A stretch of DNA of 60,136 nt, counting the filler, from Circinaria calcarea (Eukaryota), in assembly GCA_051942165.1 (NCBI GenBank). It is 5 parts of 5 records of this genome, joined end to end, with 100 filler letters (N's around TTAATTAATTAA, not from the genome) between each part and the next. Parts side by side here need not be neighbours in the genome. Positions count along the whole stretch, not along the records: positions 36,183 to 48,125 come from JAVECS010000625.1; positions 48,226 to 60,136 come from JAVECS010000626.1; 3 more parts are not named here. One strand, given 5' to 3'. Position numbers and translations under genes: made by a program. Under the pieces are notes generated by a model. That model had not been told where the DNA came from. It saw only the letters and a list, made by a program, of their open reading frames with translations, and ran no database searches. Shown in pieces: positions 36,800-49,206 of this stretch. Position 1 is the first letter of the stretch, and every line of letters begins with the position of its first letter.

Positions 36800-39700
36800 C
36801 TAACGATTTGCTCTCCCAATCAACGGTGACCTCATGGGTGAATCCGCCTTCCGATCAGTAACCTTGGACAACATATTCACCATCCTGCTTTATCGATCAG
36901 CGAACCGCTGCCTAAACACCACACTTCGATAGGACCGTACGGACCTCTTCTGATCGTCCAGCATATCCTCATGCACACCTTCAATCTGTCGGATTTGTTC
37001 TTGCAAGCCCGCCATCTGCAAAGAACCAAACTGTCAGCATATCCTACCCTGTTGAATGGCGTAAAGTACAAAACGGGTACAACGACGACAAACGGATAAG
37101 GAAGGGGTCATCCCACAGTTCCCTCGATATGAGGTCCCAAACCCACTCCTGACCAATCCGACTCCGTCGCATGATTTTCCTGACTGCTTTGACTGATCCA
37201 TCGGCTGGTACGTAATCTTCCCTTTGGCGCAGGACTGTTCGTGAAGTCCTGACCATTGGCACGTCTAGTCCGCATCTCTGTGAGTTCGGCTGTGGTGACT
37301 TTCAGAGCAGCTTCGACCTCACGGACTCGGGTAGCGTGTCGGTCTGCCGCTACAGTTGCCTCATCCAGTTGCTTCTTCAACTTGTCCGTGTACTCTCGTT
37401 CTTTGTCAGCCATGATCTGTAAAGCTTCAAGCTCGTGGCTGTGACTGGAAAGCTGTTTGGAATGGCCTTTGGACCCTGCTGGTTTGGCTTTCAAATCCGC
37501 GAGCTCGGCGCGAAGCTTATCCACTTCTACCGACAGGTCACGATGACTCGCTTCGTGATCTTGTGAGGCAGCCAGAGCTTGTTGGAGCCTATTGTCCACT
37601 TCATGCATCTCCAATCTCGCAAGCTCGGCCGACATCCGATATCGCTCAGCTTCTTCTCTCACTGGCGGCAGCTCCTTTCGGACGCTTTCCAACTCTCGTA
37701 CCTCACTAGCTAAACGGTCCCGTACCTCAGCGCCTTGCTTTCTCTCCATATTCCGCTTTTCGTTCTCTGTCCTCAGAGTCTCCTGAATCTTCAAAATCTC
37801 GATTGCATGCTGCTTCGTCAGTTCGGTTATCTCCTTCCTGAGACAATCGGACTCCGAAGAATCAGATGAAGTTTTCTTGACTCCCTCCGCAGCGGCAGCT
37901 AATGACATGGAATCTTCAAACTCTAGCTTATCCATGGTCTCCTTATTACAAGCCGCATCTGATCTGCCAGTTTCTTGCTCATAATGGGCTATCAACTCTG
38001 CAACCCTTTCATCCGCTTCGGCTTGGGACCTCTTCAATCCTAGCTCATGTTCGGCCTGTAGCTTCTGGAGTGCATTCTGGTGCTCCCGAAACATTTGAGC
38101 CTTGGCGGTGTCGAGTTCTTGTTCCTTATGCTGCTGGATACCCTGCACTTGCTCTTGTAAGCTCTCGATAACCTGACCTAAGCTCAGTATCTCATGCTCC
38201 TTGGCTTGTAGGATGCTACCATGCTCAGTCATTGTAACATCAACTGCATCCTGCAATTCAAGGATACGGCAATCGGAGGCGACCAATTTATCCTCAAGCT
38301 CGTTAACACGCAACTCGTATCCCAACTTAGTCTCTTTCAGCTCACGAATATGTGAGATACGCTCTTGTGCTAGCTTATCCTCAATGATAGAAATCTCCCT
38401 CTTCATAGAATTTATACAGTCATCCTTTTCCTCTATCATGACTCTGAAACGCTTATTTACTCCCTGCAATTGATCTTCTGATCTTTCCCGTTCTTCTTCT
38501 AGCTGAGTTTGCAGGGCCAAGACCTCGGATACGTAATGCTGGAGCCTTGAAGCAATATCAACTCCATTGCTCTTTTCCGAATCGAGCTCTTCCTCCAACG
38601 CTTTCAGCGCATCCTTGTGTGATTGCTTCTGAGCCTCCAACAGCGACGCTGTTTCTTTAGAGCCCCGGTCCATGGAAACACGTTTGGCTTCCTCTATATC
38701 CTGAAAGCACCGCTCAGATATCCGCTTCTCCTGGGCCACTGCTTCAGCAAGTCTTGAATGGACGGCTTCCAATTCACCCATGTGGTTGGCAGAGATTCTT
38801 TCCAACTCTGCTCCATGTTCTTGACGAAGCTTCTCGGTTGTTTGCTGTACTTTCTGAGATACATTCTCTGAGGCTGCGCTGAAGCTGAGTAATTGTGTCT
38901 TCATAACGTCAATGTCCGCTTCGAGATTGGAGATCTATATCGCTAGATTAGTATCGAGATTAGAGGAACTTGAATCACAGACCGACCTTTGTCTGACTAG
39001 CAACGAGCTCAGAGCGAAGTGATTCCGAAGCTTCGTAGGCTGAAACACCAGAAACAGACTCCACCTTCACTGCCGTTGGTAACCCATCAGGAATCCCAGA
39101 CGCACAATCAGGCTCCACTTTCACTGCCGTCGGCAGTCCATCTGGAGCACCGGTATCCGGATCGAGCTTCACTTTCACCGCCGTTGACATTCTATCTGAG
39201 ATACCGGAGTCCGGATGGCTATCCGAGGCACTCCCATAGTCTTTGCCCTCGTTTCGCCTCGCTTCTTCTAGCTTCACCCTCAAAGTCGCCAGTGTTTCGT
39301 CCATCCTTTTTCCATACTCCTCCTTGGCCTCGTCATCTTCGTCTCCGTCTTCGGCCATTGCAGCTTGTAACATGTCGCTAACGAGCTGCATTTCTCGGAG
39401 GCGTTGCTCAATCGTAACAGACATTGTCGACGTGCGGGTAACAAGACCAGGTCTGACTGGTTTCACTGGCGTTCTATGACCGGCTGCGACCGAGTCAGAC
39501 AGACCTAGCTGTGCTTTAGCTACAGCAGGCGCAGCTGGTATTGTGTTGAACCTCTTCGTGGCAGTTTCGGATGTCATAGCTCTAGGCGGTAATCTCGATG
39601 AGCCAAGTAGCGGTCGTGTGGTTCGGGGAGCACTGGAGAGAGTCGTTGTTCTTGGGGCAATCGCTGCTTTTGAGGCAACCTTTGTCGGGCTAGTTGTATC

Positions 39701-39997
39701 ACTACGAGTTGCCAAAGTCTTCCTCTCCGTAACTTTAGAGCTCTCCAACGTAGACCGTCGGTTTGTACTGGACATTGTGTTCCTGGGACCGGTAGCCTTG
39801 TTCAATGATGGTGATACACCTACCACTCGTTTCGCAGGGCTGGAGGCTGTAGGTTTCTTCTTGTCTCCATCAGACTCGACCGCGGGTTTCTTAGCATCTT
39901 CAACTAAACCTGTAGACGTCCTTGACCTGTGGCCAATGCTTGCGGCAGTAGCAGCAGTAACACTGCTGGGAGGATGCCGCCCAGAGGAACCGGCCAT
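36800..39997 (-). CDS. Long coiled-coil protein with a basic Ser/Thr/Pro-rich N-terminal region, ~4 exons
   Basis: ORFs 38975-40039 and 37108-38904 are joined by an intron (~38986-38935). The body is heptad-rich in Glu/Leu/Lys. Terminal exons read MAGLQEQIRQIEGVHEDMLDDQK|RMVNMLSKV..*. The start is uncertain. Confidence 0.75.
39050..39225 (-). repeat. Imperfect 54-bp coding tandem repeat (x3; PDGLPTAVKVE-type)
   Basis: C(C/T)TTCAC(T/C)GCCGT recurs at 54-nt spacing; the peptide TAVKV appears three times. Confidence 0.75.
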
Positions 39998-40025
39998 GAT
40001 ACGAGTCGGTGGCTTGCTGCACACT

Positions 40026-40331
40026 CTAATGGGAGGCACGATCTGGTGAGGATGTTCTTTGCGTCTCGGCAGCGATCTTTGCTATGGCCAACTCCGTTTC
40101 TTTTACGCTCTTCTGGATTGATGTGGCTTGAGCGTACGATAGGTACTTCCAGGCGATGATGCAGACGCTAACGAACACGAGTACGCCGGCTAATTGATTG
40201 TTGCTCAAGGGTGTAACGGGTGAGGCAACTTCTTTAAGAGTATTGGCACCTTCTATAATAACATATTTGATGCATTGTAGAAAATACAGATGGTCCTGTG
40301 AGAAGGAGAGGGTTTCCCAGGTTGGTGCCAT
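40026..40331 (-). CDS. Small putative single-pass membrane protein (101 aa), paralog A
   Basis: MAPTW..DHLYFLQCIKYVIIEGA..LSNNQLAGVLVFVSVCIIAWKYLS..IQKSVKETELAIAKIAA. Clear protein-level similarity to 43408-43740 supports coding status. Confidence 0.6.
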   Translation of the reverse strand: MAPTWETLSFSQDHLYFLQCIKYVIIEGANTLKEVASPVTPLSNNQLAGVLVFVSVCIIAWKYLSYAQATSIQKSVKETELAIAKIAAETQRTSSPDRASH

Positions 40332-40980
40332 TGCACTCTTGCGGGAGGTAGGCACGAGGGAAGGTGAAGTTTACAGTACGTAGTGAAATTAAATGCCAAG
40401 GCGCCTGCCTTCAGCCTATATCATATACTGTGGCACTGTGGTCGTAGGCATAACGACCAACTCCTGTACACTCGGCATAAATTCGAGGAGGAAAGTGGTT
40501 GTAATACTGAGGGTATCCTCCGGTGTCTACTTCAGTTCTGTATTAATTTAAAATGTGGTTCGGGCCTTGTATGATTACTGTGTATAAACCCCGCCAACAT
40601 CTATCATGCCTTGCGGCCACAATAAAGCTTAACAAGCCTATTGGAAGTCTTCAAAAGGAGGTAGTTGGAATCACTAAATGATGTAGGCTCCTTCCAGCTA
40701 ATCATCTATTTACAATGGCGCGAGGCCAAGCCACTCTTATCACCTTCCTCGCACCCCTTATTTGTCCTATTCTGTTCCATATAGCTGCTCTTCATCCAGC
40801 GATCGTCCAGGGTTACGAGATAAGTCCACAATTATCCAATCGTAAATGTGCTAGATCAAGCTATGTACCCTAAGGGCTAGGGCTATCAATACCAATAAGT
40901 GCAAGGAGTGCATCACATCCAGATAGAAACGTAGAGTTCACGGCGAAGAGAAGATTCCAGGAGATGTGTGCGCGCAAAGG

Positions 40981-43320
40981 CTACTCCAAACTAGACACCC
41001 AATCCGGAACCTCTTTCCCGACTTCAGTGTATGTCATCTCCATGTACGGCTTGTAATAGAGTGTCCGTTGACGGATATGCTCCGGCAGCTTGTTTTGAAG
41101 TAAAGGCGTGTTGAGGACTCTCATGTATCGCTGTTCCACTGGGATATAAATCAGCCTAAGAGAATTGGATGACAGTAAGATTACATAAGATATTTACCTG
41201 GCAGGTATCGAAGAATTCGGAGCTGGTGCACAAGTTCCCGGTCCTGTTCCTTCGTCCACGAGTCCGCGGTTGCGAATGTTCGTCTATGAGATGGAGATAC
41301 AGTTAACCTTGATCGTGGCCAAGACCCTAGAAGTATCTTCATATCCATCTTGTTCCTTAATATATCTTCATACGTCTTACGACGCTTTTCCTCTATTATC
41401 TCGTTCTGCTCCTGGCGACTTCGTTGGGTCTCTTCAATGACGTTTAATCTCCTCCTCTCCCGAGCTTCGATCTGTCTCAGCTGTCGTATCTCGTCATGAT
41501 GAGTATCAAGCTCGTTCTGGAAAGTCAATCGGACGTCGCGAAGATAGGGGAGTATCTGTCGTTCGATCTCCTTAACGAAGGGTACACCTCCGAGCTTGGG
41601 AGTTGTTCTCCAGTGCTTTACGGTTTGACATAGTGCTATCGTGATATCTTGTATTCTTATAATCTCCTTCAATACGTCGAGATCATCAAGGGCCGAGTAA
41701 AACTTGCTCTGTACCGCCATAGCGCCCTCTAGAAGTGTGACCATACCGGGTATTCCATATGAGTAAAGGTCGTCTAACAGTACCTTGACCTTCTTCCCAG
41801 GCCGGGCATTGGACTTTCGAAAGCCGCTAATCTCGAGATCAAGCCTGTCTAATATTTTATTCAGCCGCGTTAGGTTGTGCTTGTCAGTGTTGGTATTCGC
41901 TTCACAATCTCTGTAAATCTTCGTAGCTTCTCCAAGCCGGTTACAGAAATGTCTGACAGTCTTACTGCTGGGTTTGATGCCGACCCTAGACTTGCATACT
42001 TTTCTTGCGGCCTTTGTAACCGTTTCCCACGCATCCTCCTGCCCGAATAGTTCAAGTCTTGCTAGTGGGGTTTCCCTCGCACCGTCGCTGTGCTGAGTAT
42101 TCTCTTCCAGATCATCGTTTCTGTCATTCACATCACCAGCTGTATTGTCAACCCCATCTTCACTTTCAGCACTTAACCTCGGCCCGGAGCTTGGGGCTGT
42201 GTCTTTGAGCTGTTGAGACTCGGGTTCGCTGGGTTGTTGCTCCTGCAAATCAACATTTCTACCATCCTCGTCTTGTCCTACGTTTCGTGCAATCTCCTTC
42301 GCCTGGATACCATGGGCTTGTATCGACTGAACCTTCGGAAGCTTCGTAGGTTTATGTCCTGGCTTCTGCGACCGATCTGGTGACTCGAGAGTGGTATTAC
42401 TACTTCGAAGTTGATGCTCAGCAGAGAAGCTCTCTTTTGGTCTCGATTTAATAGGTTCTGCCGTTGATGAATTTTTTATCGCTTTAGGTCTACCACGTTT
42501 GCGACGTACAACTTGATCCGGAGGAGGGATATCTGCTCCATTTTCACTTGCAGTAATCAATTGGTCCTTCGTGATACCACTTGCTAAGGACTGTTTCTGT
42601 TTCATGCTCCTAGTGGTTCTAGCTTTAGGGGGGACCGGCTGTCTATCCTTGGAGGTTGCAAACTGAATTTCTTTGGCAGGGGAGTCGTCGGGGGAAAGGT
42701 GGATTTTGTCCCTATGCTGCTCTGTTGTGTCTATGCTCTTGCGGCTCGTTGATTCTCGACGACGCAACTTGGCGGCTTTCACGTCATCCGCTACTCTACC
42801 ATGCGGTTGTTTCATCCCTTTGTTAGATGCTTCTGCTGAACTTGGTTCTCGTCCTCTCTTTTTGCTCTGTAATTTATCCAGTGATAGTTGGGCAGGTGGT
42901 TGTGTGGTTGCATTCTGACCATCTCCGTGTATCTTATGAAAGTCATTCAGAATGTCCGTAGATTTTTGGAAACCTCTTTGGTCTCCCACAGTGGGATTCG
43001 CAATGTATGAAGACTCCGATAAATATAGCGCTGCTTCGGTGGTCTCGGCAGGGGTGAATTCTTTTGATGCTCCTGCCTCCATTTGATCCTCCCGCAAGAG
43101 TTGTTGCGCCGCAAGACTGTCGTAAGCCGACGGGTAATCGTCTAAACATACTGTCAGGGACATGGATATGCGCAGTGTGAGTTGGCCAACCTTCGAGAAG
43201 AACTTCCTCTTCGTCCTCATTGTCTTCGACGACTTCCCCATCATCACCAGCATCGTCCGAACTCAGATCATGCCGGACTTTCTTCTGATCAGGCCTAACC
43301 CTAATGACTTTAGTGGCCAT
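40981..43320 (-). CDS. Putative chromatin/DNA-binding protein with an AT-hook and a C-terminal Myb/SANT-like segment, 3 exons
   Basis: Acidic N-terminus, AT-hook RRKRGRPK, and C-terminal WTKEQDRELVHQL..|..LQNKLPEHIRQR..PDWV. Introns at ~43190-43142 and ~41197-41140. Confidence 0.7.
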
Positions 43321-43407
43321 GATTGCTAGCACCACTAACACGCATACAGTGTTTATGTGTAGTATGTGGCTGCCTTATCGAGTAGGTTCATGTCACCGCA
43401 CGCCTCT

Positions 43408-43740
43408 TTATGCGGAACCTGGGGAAGCTACTGTAGGTTCTCCTCGGGCCCCGGCAGCAATCTGTGCTATGGCCAACTTCGTTTGAAACTTGGCCAACTC
43501 CGTTTCTTTTTGGCTCTTCTGGATTGCTATGATTTCAAGGTGCGATATGTACATCCAGGCGAGGAAGCAGACGCCAGAGAACACGAGTATGCCGCCTAAC
43601 TGAGCATTGCTTAGGAATTGAATTGACGAGGCAGCCTTCTTAACAGCATCAGCACCTTCCAGAATAACATATGTGATGCATTGTAGAAGAGACAAATGAT
43701 CCCGCGAGGTGAAAAGGCTTTTATCCCAGGTTGGTGCCAT
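43408..43740 (-). CDS. Small putative single-pass membrane protein (110 aa), paralog B
   Basis: MAPTW..DHLSLLQCITYVILEGA..LSNAQLGGILVFSGVCFLAWMYIS..IQKSQKETELA; paralog of 40026-40331. Confidence 0.6.
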   Translation of the reverse strand: MAPTWDKSLFTSRDHLSLLQCITYVILEGADAVKKAASSIQFLSNAQLGGILVFSGVCFLAWMYISHLEIIAIQKSQKETELAKFQTKLAIAQIAAGARGEPTVASPGSA

Positions 43741-44045
43741 TGCATTCTTGGCTGAGAAAGGTACGAGGATTTCAACAGACCGTACCCAGATAGAAAGCCA
43801 AGGCGCTAGTTTTCAGTCTTACAGCATCTCCTATACCATAAGCGGAACATCTAAAAAGGTTGAGGGCGAGAGGGCATTGTGGGCGGAAGACACGGGCGGG
43901 CGACAGCGTCCACTGCTGAGTAAAAGCTTGCTCTGTACGTCAGAGCGCCTTCTCAAAGTGTGGTCACTACAATACAGAGCACCCTAATGTAGACATAACC
44001 TACACATGTCGAAATTTGGTCATTGAATCTTGTTCTGGATACCGA

Positions 44046-45638
44046 ATGGCTACTGGGACACAACATCCTCTTCCTGTGTTGGAGCTGCTTGACGAGTCAA
44101 AACCACATGTTTTCATTAGCCCAGTCAAGAGAATCAATGAAGGTCAAGATGTATCTTTATTTCTCACCTCTGAGGCTTACAGAGACATCATGACTTTCTT
44201 GATGCAATTGAATCGTGCCATGTTTCCACGCTTGAACCACGATGCCAGTTCAGGGCAAGAGAATCTCCTAACGTGGGAGGTAGATGCTCCTAATATTGTT
44301 TTCTCCGAATCCGTGGTCCGACTACGGAACATGCTGCAAGCACTTGACAAGATCATCGACGATGTACCTCCAGACGCCGGTCCAAGACGATTTGGAAATG
44401 TTAGTTTCAGAAAATGGAGTGAACTCCTCGAAAGCCGCGCACCCCGACTGTTGGAACAGTTTCTTCCAAAGAGAGTTGTATCATTCCCACACGAGTCGAA
44501 ATGTGATGCAATCAGTGAACTCAAAGCTTATTTCATTGGGGCATTTGGAAGCTCGCAAAGGCTCGATTACGGGACAGGGCATGAGTTAAGCTTTCTTGCG
44601 TTTCTCGCGTGCATATGGAAACTTGGTGGGTTTCAACCGTCCACGTCCGGAGTGGAAGAAAGAGGCATTGTCATTGGTGTATTCGTGCCGTATGTACTGC
44701 TCTCTCAAAGCTATTTCAGGTCTTGCAAAAGTGCGGCAGTCTGATGCCCGGCGAGTACTCAGATATTTAGCCCTAGTGCGGCGCTTAATCCTAACATATA
44801 CCCTCGAACCAGCCGGGTCACATGGCGTATGGGGCTTGGATGACCATTCCTTTCTACCTTATATTTTCGGCAGCGCACAATATGCTCCACCCATCACTCA
44901 AGATGGTCAGATACCAGTTGAAGGCTCTCGCAAAGGCGCTCCAGATCCGGGCAGCGTTGCCAAATCGAATCTGGTAGCGAAAGAGAGGGAAAAGAACATG
45001 TATATGGGGGCTATTGGATTCATCTACGACGTAAAGACGGGTCCATTTTGGGAACATTCGCCAACGCTGTACGACATTTCGGGAGTACGGGCAGGGTGGG
45101 CCAAAATCAACAAGGTAAGCTCGAAGGCACTTTTATAACCAGTGCTAAGCGGTTCCAGGGCATGATCAAAATGTACAACGCGGAGGTTTTGTCCAAGTTT
45201 CCTGTTGTACAGCATTTTCCCTTTGGGTCGCTTTTCAGTTGGAACCAGGATTCAAACGCCAGTCCGCCGCCAGTATCCACGCATACATCGAGTCAGCCTA
45301 CGAAAATTGATGCCGAATCTAGACCTACAAGTAGAGTTCCGGCGCAAAGTACTGCGCAGGTCGGGACGAAGGCACCTTGGATGGCTGCCAAAGGACATGT
45401 TCCGGGTGCAGTCGTTGGCACTCAAGCTCCGTGGGCGAAGAGAAGTCCATCATTATCGACAGCCACCCAACCGGAGCTTCTCCCTCCTTCAGACGCAGAA
45501 ATAGGGGTGAAGCGAAGCACAAGGCTGGCACAAGAGACGAGAGGAATGGTTACCCAACAGATTTTAGATAACAGTAGGGAGGGTCAGCTTGACACATCTT
45601 CGATGCCTCCGCCGACTACGGCGCCTTGGGCTCGCTGA
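44046..45638 (+). CDS. RRD1: PP2A phosphatase activator (PTPA/Ypa1), 3 exons
   Basis: [63 protein letters not shown] and [19 protein letters not shown], with an RRD1-type Pro-rich tail. Confidence 0.92.
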
Positions 45639-46491
45639 ATGACAGCCGTCAGGCCTGGGGAGGGTCACTCGGACCTCAGTTCAGACCAATCCGCCGGCAT
45701 GCCGACCTTCCGGAGAGAGCCAGTCTTGATGCATTCTTGAGGCGTTGTGCTGGAAAGGATGGGTGCGCCGGCCTTAGTTTTATCAGCGGTGCTGTATGTT
45801 TGAGCGCATTGAGGTGGTTGTACCCGTCATGAATATGTATCCATCCTCGGGTAGCCTACCAAAAGGCCTCAAGGGAGTCAGGGACAGCATCGAGGGGCTG
45901 CATGTGGGGTGGCTCAGTCGACTTTAGCCTGAGCCTTCGATCTAATTTTGGCACACCGCAATTTAGACCTTATAGCGTGTTTCAACTTTTGTAGTATGGG
46001 GTACTGCCTCATCTCCATCGGCAACAAATGAGATCGGATCAGAGATGAAACGCTTATGGCAAGCTCGAAGGGAGCAGACGTTGTTTACTTTACGACCTGG
46101 ACCCATGATGCTTGCTTGCCGCCGTTTACGGGCAAGCTGCACTCCCGAAGGGTCGGATATCAAATGATGTGGTGAATAGGTATTCAACCTTTCATGCACG
46201 CAACACAGACCTCATTGCACTGCCTCCATGGATGAATCAGACTGCTTCACGCCTATGGGCCGTCTACTTTAGCCCCGACGCTTCCTACATTTTTAACCAG
46301 AAGCTCGACGGAGTGTCTAGCAGCTTGAGTTGACAGTTGGAAGCTCAACTGACAAGATGCCGGGTGTCCGTGAGTTTGCCCATCCACTTCTTCCATCAAT
46401 CCGATATAGCTATCCAAGCTAGCTGGAGCCATCCTGTCTCATTATGGAACTCTATACTGATCACCCCCTTTCTCTGACAGCTCCAGATGCA

Positions 46492-47212
46492 ATGGCCCAG
46501 GTAAAGAAGGGACTCAAAAGTCTCTTCTCCCGCAAAAAGAAAGACAAGCACCAGTCCACTCAACCAGCCAGTGTGCCATCGTCTGCTCCTGCTGCAGCAT
46601 CGCAAGCAGCACCTCAGTTGGCACCGATCAGTCAAGATCCACCTATCGCAGCAGGCAGTCAACACCCTCCAGAGACCCATGTACCCGGCGCCGATCCAGT
46701 CAAGCAAACTATGCCAGGTGAGGCTTGTTGTTTGTTTCTTTCACTAAACCCCTTTATCCAAATATCCTATCCGAGTACTAATCTGCCCCTCTTCATTAGA
46801 GGAACAAGCTATTCCGGCCCTGCAAGCCTCCGAATCCTCTGCCAACCCTTCGGCTCCCCATACCTCAATCCCCCAAATCTCCGAACCAAACACCGTCTCA
46901 GAGTCCAAGAACATCGACCTCAACCCTGTTTCCAGTACCCCCAAGGCTGCCGAAACTAGTGCCAATATAGTCACAGACGCTCCTCAGGATACTGCCAAAG
47001 AAATATCAAAGCTGGACACCAAGCTGGACACCAAGCTCCCGGCTGAAGGCATGTCCGCTACCTCTGGCCCGCTGAGAGATGATCTTGTAACTGGATTCGG
47101 GGGATCGCCTGTCGAGGGTCATATGAGGGCTGCACACGCCGAAAAGAGAGCGCAGATGGCGGAAAGCGGAAATGGAGGAGCCATGTCTACTGGGGAGGGG
47201 AGCAAGGTCTAG
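46492..47212 (+). CDS. Low-complexity hypothetical protein, 2 exons
   Basis: MAQVKKGLKSLFSRKKK..; GT-AG intron ~46718-46799; second exon includes EGMSATSGPL and ends with TAG at 47210-47212. Confidence 0.6.
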
Positions 47213-48125
47213 GCTATTCAGCTCAGGGAATGATTCAGGGGTTGCGCAATACGGGATAATGTTTTCCTGAAGATCGAAAGCAGGAGAGGGAAGCCAAATT
47301 GATATTTTTCATTCTTCTACGATGGAAGGGAGGGGCCAAGTCTGACCAAGTCAGGTTTTTCTGAAAGTCTTGATATCGAGCGGAACTCGTCTCCCTCGTA
47401 CATCTTTCCGGCTCCTACCGACTACGAATTTTCCTTAATACCCTTGAGCAGTCTCTCATCTTCTAGTCACTTAAGTTTCGTTTATCTGAGAGTCCTCCCG
47501 CTCAAACCATTCGCTGAAATCAAGCTATCCAAGCAGACGAATTCTTATTTAACATGGCGCTACCCTCTGGCTGACTAGAATCGCTCCCACGTCCTTTTTT
47601 TTTTGATAAAGAGGGAGATGATGCCAGCAACCCCCAAGATGATTTGTCGACATCTCCGAACTGATGACATGTCCAGAAGACCTCGTGCTCCCTCTCATTC
47701 CTGCTATCCCACACAATTTACCTAGGTTTACCATTCTTCCCTTTACCTTTCCCTTCCCCTTCCGCATACTTTCACCGCATTCCTCCCAACCACCAATATC
47801 CAATTCCCAAAAAACCCTTCGACTCATCTAACCTAGCCTTAGCCCTAGCCCTAGCTCCCGACGCGGTCTTCTACGCAAATCCCCATGCCCATGCCAATAT
47901 GCCAATGCCAGAGAAGGAGGACAAGGAAGAGGGAAAGCCAATAATTTTCCTAATATCTCTACCCTTTATTTCAGAAAAGGGGGGATGTTCTATATATGGT
48001 CGGAAACCGGAGGGGGGGGAGCTATGGCTTATCCTGCGGCAAAAAAAAGGAGGACAAGGCTAAGACTAGGCGTATTCAAGGTAAGATTAGATTACCGTTA
48101 CAGGGGGGGGGATGGCGTGATGGTG

Positions 48126-48225
48126 NNNNNNNNNNNNNNNNNNNNNNNNNNNNNNNNNNNNNNNNNNNNTTAATTAATTAANNNNNNNNNNNNNNNNNNN
48201 NNNNNNNNNNNNNNNNNNNNNNNNN
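48126..48225. other. Artificial contig linker
   Basis: N44-TTAATTAATTAA-N44. Confidence 0.99.
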
Positions 48226-48321
48226 GGTACTGACTGCTATAACATAGCACAATTACATGCATGACCGTGAGGTAGTACACGGTCATGCATGTAATTGTGC
48301 TATGTTATAGCAGTCAGTACC
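48226..48321. repeat. Perfect 44-bp inverted repeat with an 8-nt spacer at the contig start
   Basis: 48226-48269 is the exact reverse complement of 48278-48321; the spacer is AGGTAGTA. Confidence 0.95.
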
Positions 48322-49206
48322 GGTCATATTCGCCTTGTATTCTTCGGATAGTGCAGCGCTCTACCCGCTAAGCTCGACAGCGTCCTTGCCCACCATTAGG
48401 GAGACAACATCGCGGAGCACCCCTATTTCCTTTACCTCTGTATATAGGGAGCGATAACGATTCTGGATGAAGCAGCTGCGCGTTGAAGATTCATGCCGTG
48501 GCTTGCAATGTAACCACTTCGATGGCATCATTTCGAGGCGGTAGGGTGGGGCGTGATGGGATGAGAAGTGGATTGGTTGCGACGCTGTGGGCTTGACGCC
48601 ACCGATGCCTGGTTATTCTATGCGATCCACTGGACAGGTTGTTTTGAAACGAAGATGCACTGCGCCTCCCTCGTGTTGATCTACTGCTTGGTGTCGCTGT
48701 GGCGCCACCTTCATGCATCGTATTCATGCACGGCAATATTGACGGCGATAGTCCTGACCATGCTGATTGGCACACGGTTACGGTACGGGTAATAGATGCT
48801 GCATCTCATAAAGGGCCATCAAATCTGCAATTCGATGATCGTGCCATCTGTGTCTGTCTGCCTCGAGCAGCATACAAGATCCTCGACCCCTATCACCCTT
48901 TTCCTTACATGAGCCTGCATGCAGACATCTGCAACTGCCATGCTCTGGATCTCTCCCACATCCTGGACTGCTGGACTAGAGTCAGGTACCACCGGTAGGG
49001 TCGTGTTTAAATCCTGATCATCTACCTTGTGGTACTGTAACGATCGTACAAGAACGTCTATCTTGTACTGCCAGCGTTGTATATTCTCAATGTCAACTCT
49101 GCTCCTTTCGTTGATATGTAAATGGGCATAGCCGCCTCTCTACTGCCATCATATTTTTTCATCAGCTTCATTTAGCACAATTGTCGAGTTTGGTCAACCT
49201 CCCATC

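Noticed and set aside
47828..47856. CCCTAG repeats resembling telomeric DNA near a contig end
   Set aside because: Only ~4 imperfect units, internal, and not the CCCTAA telomere repeat.
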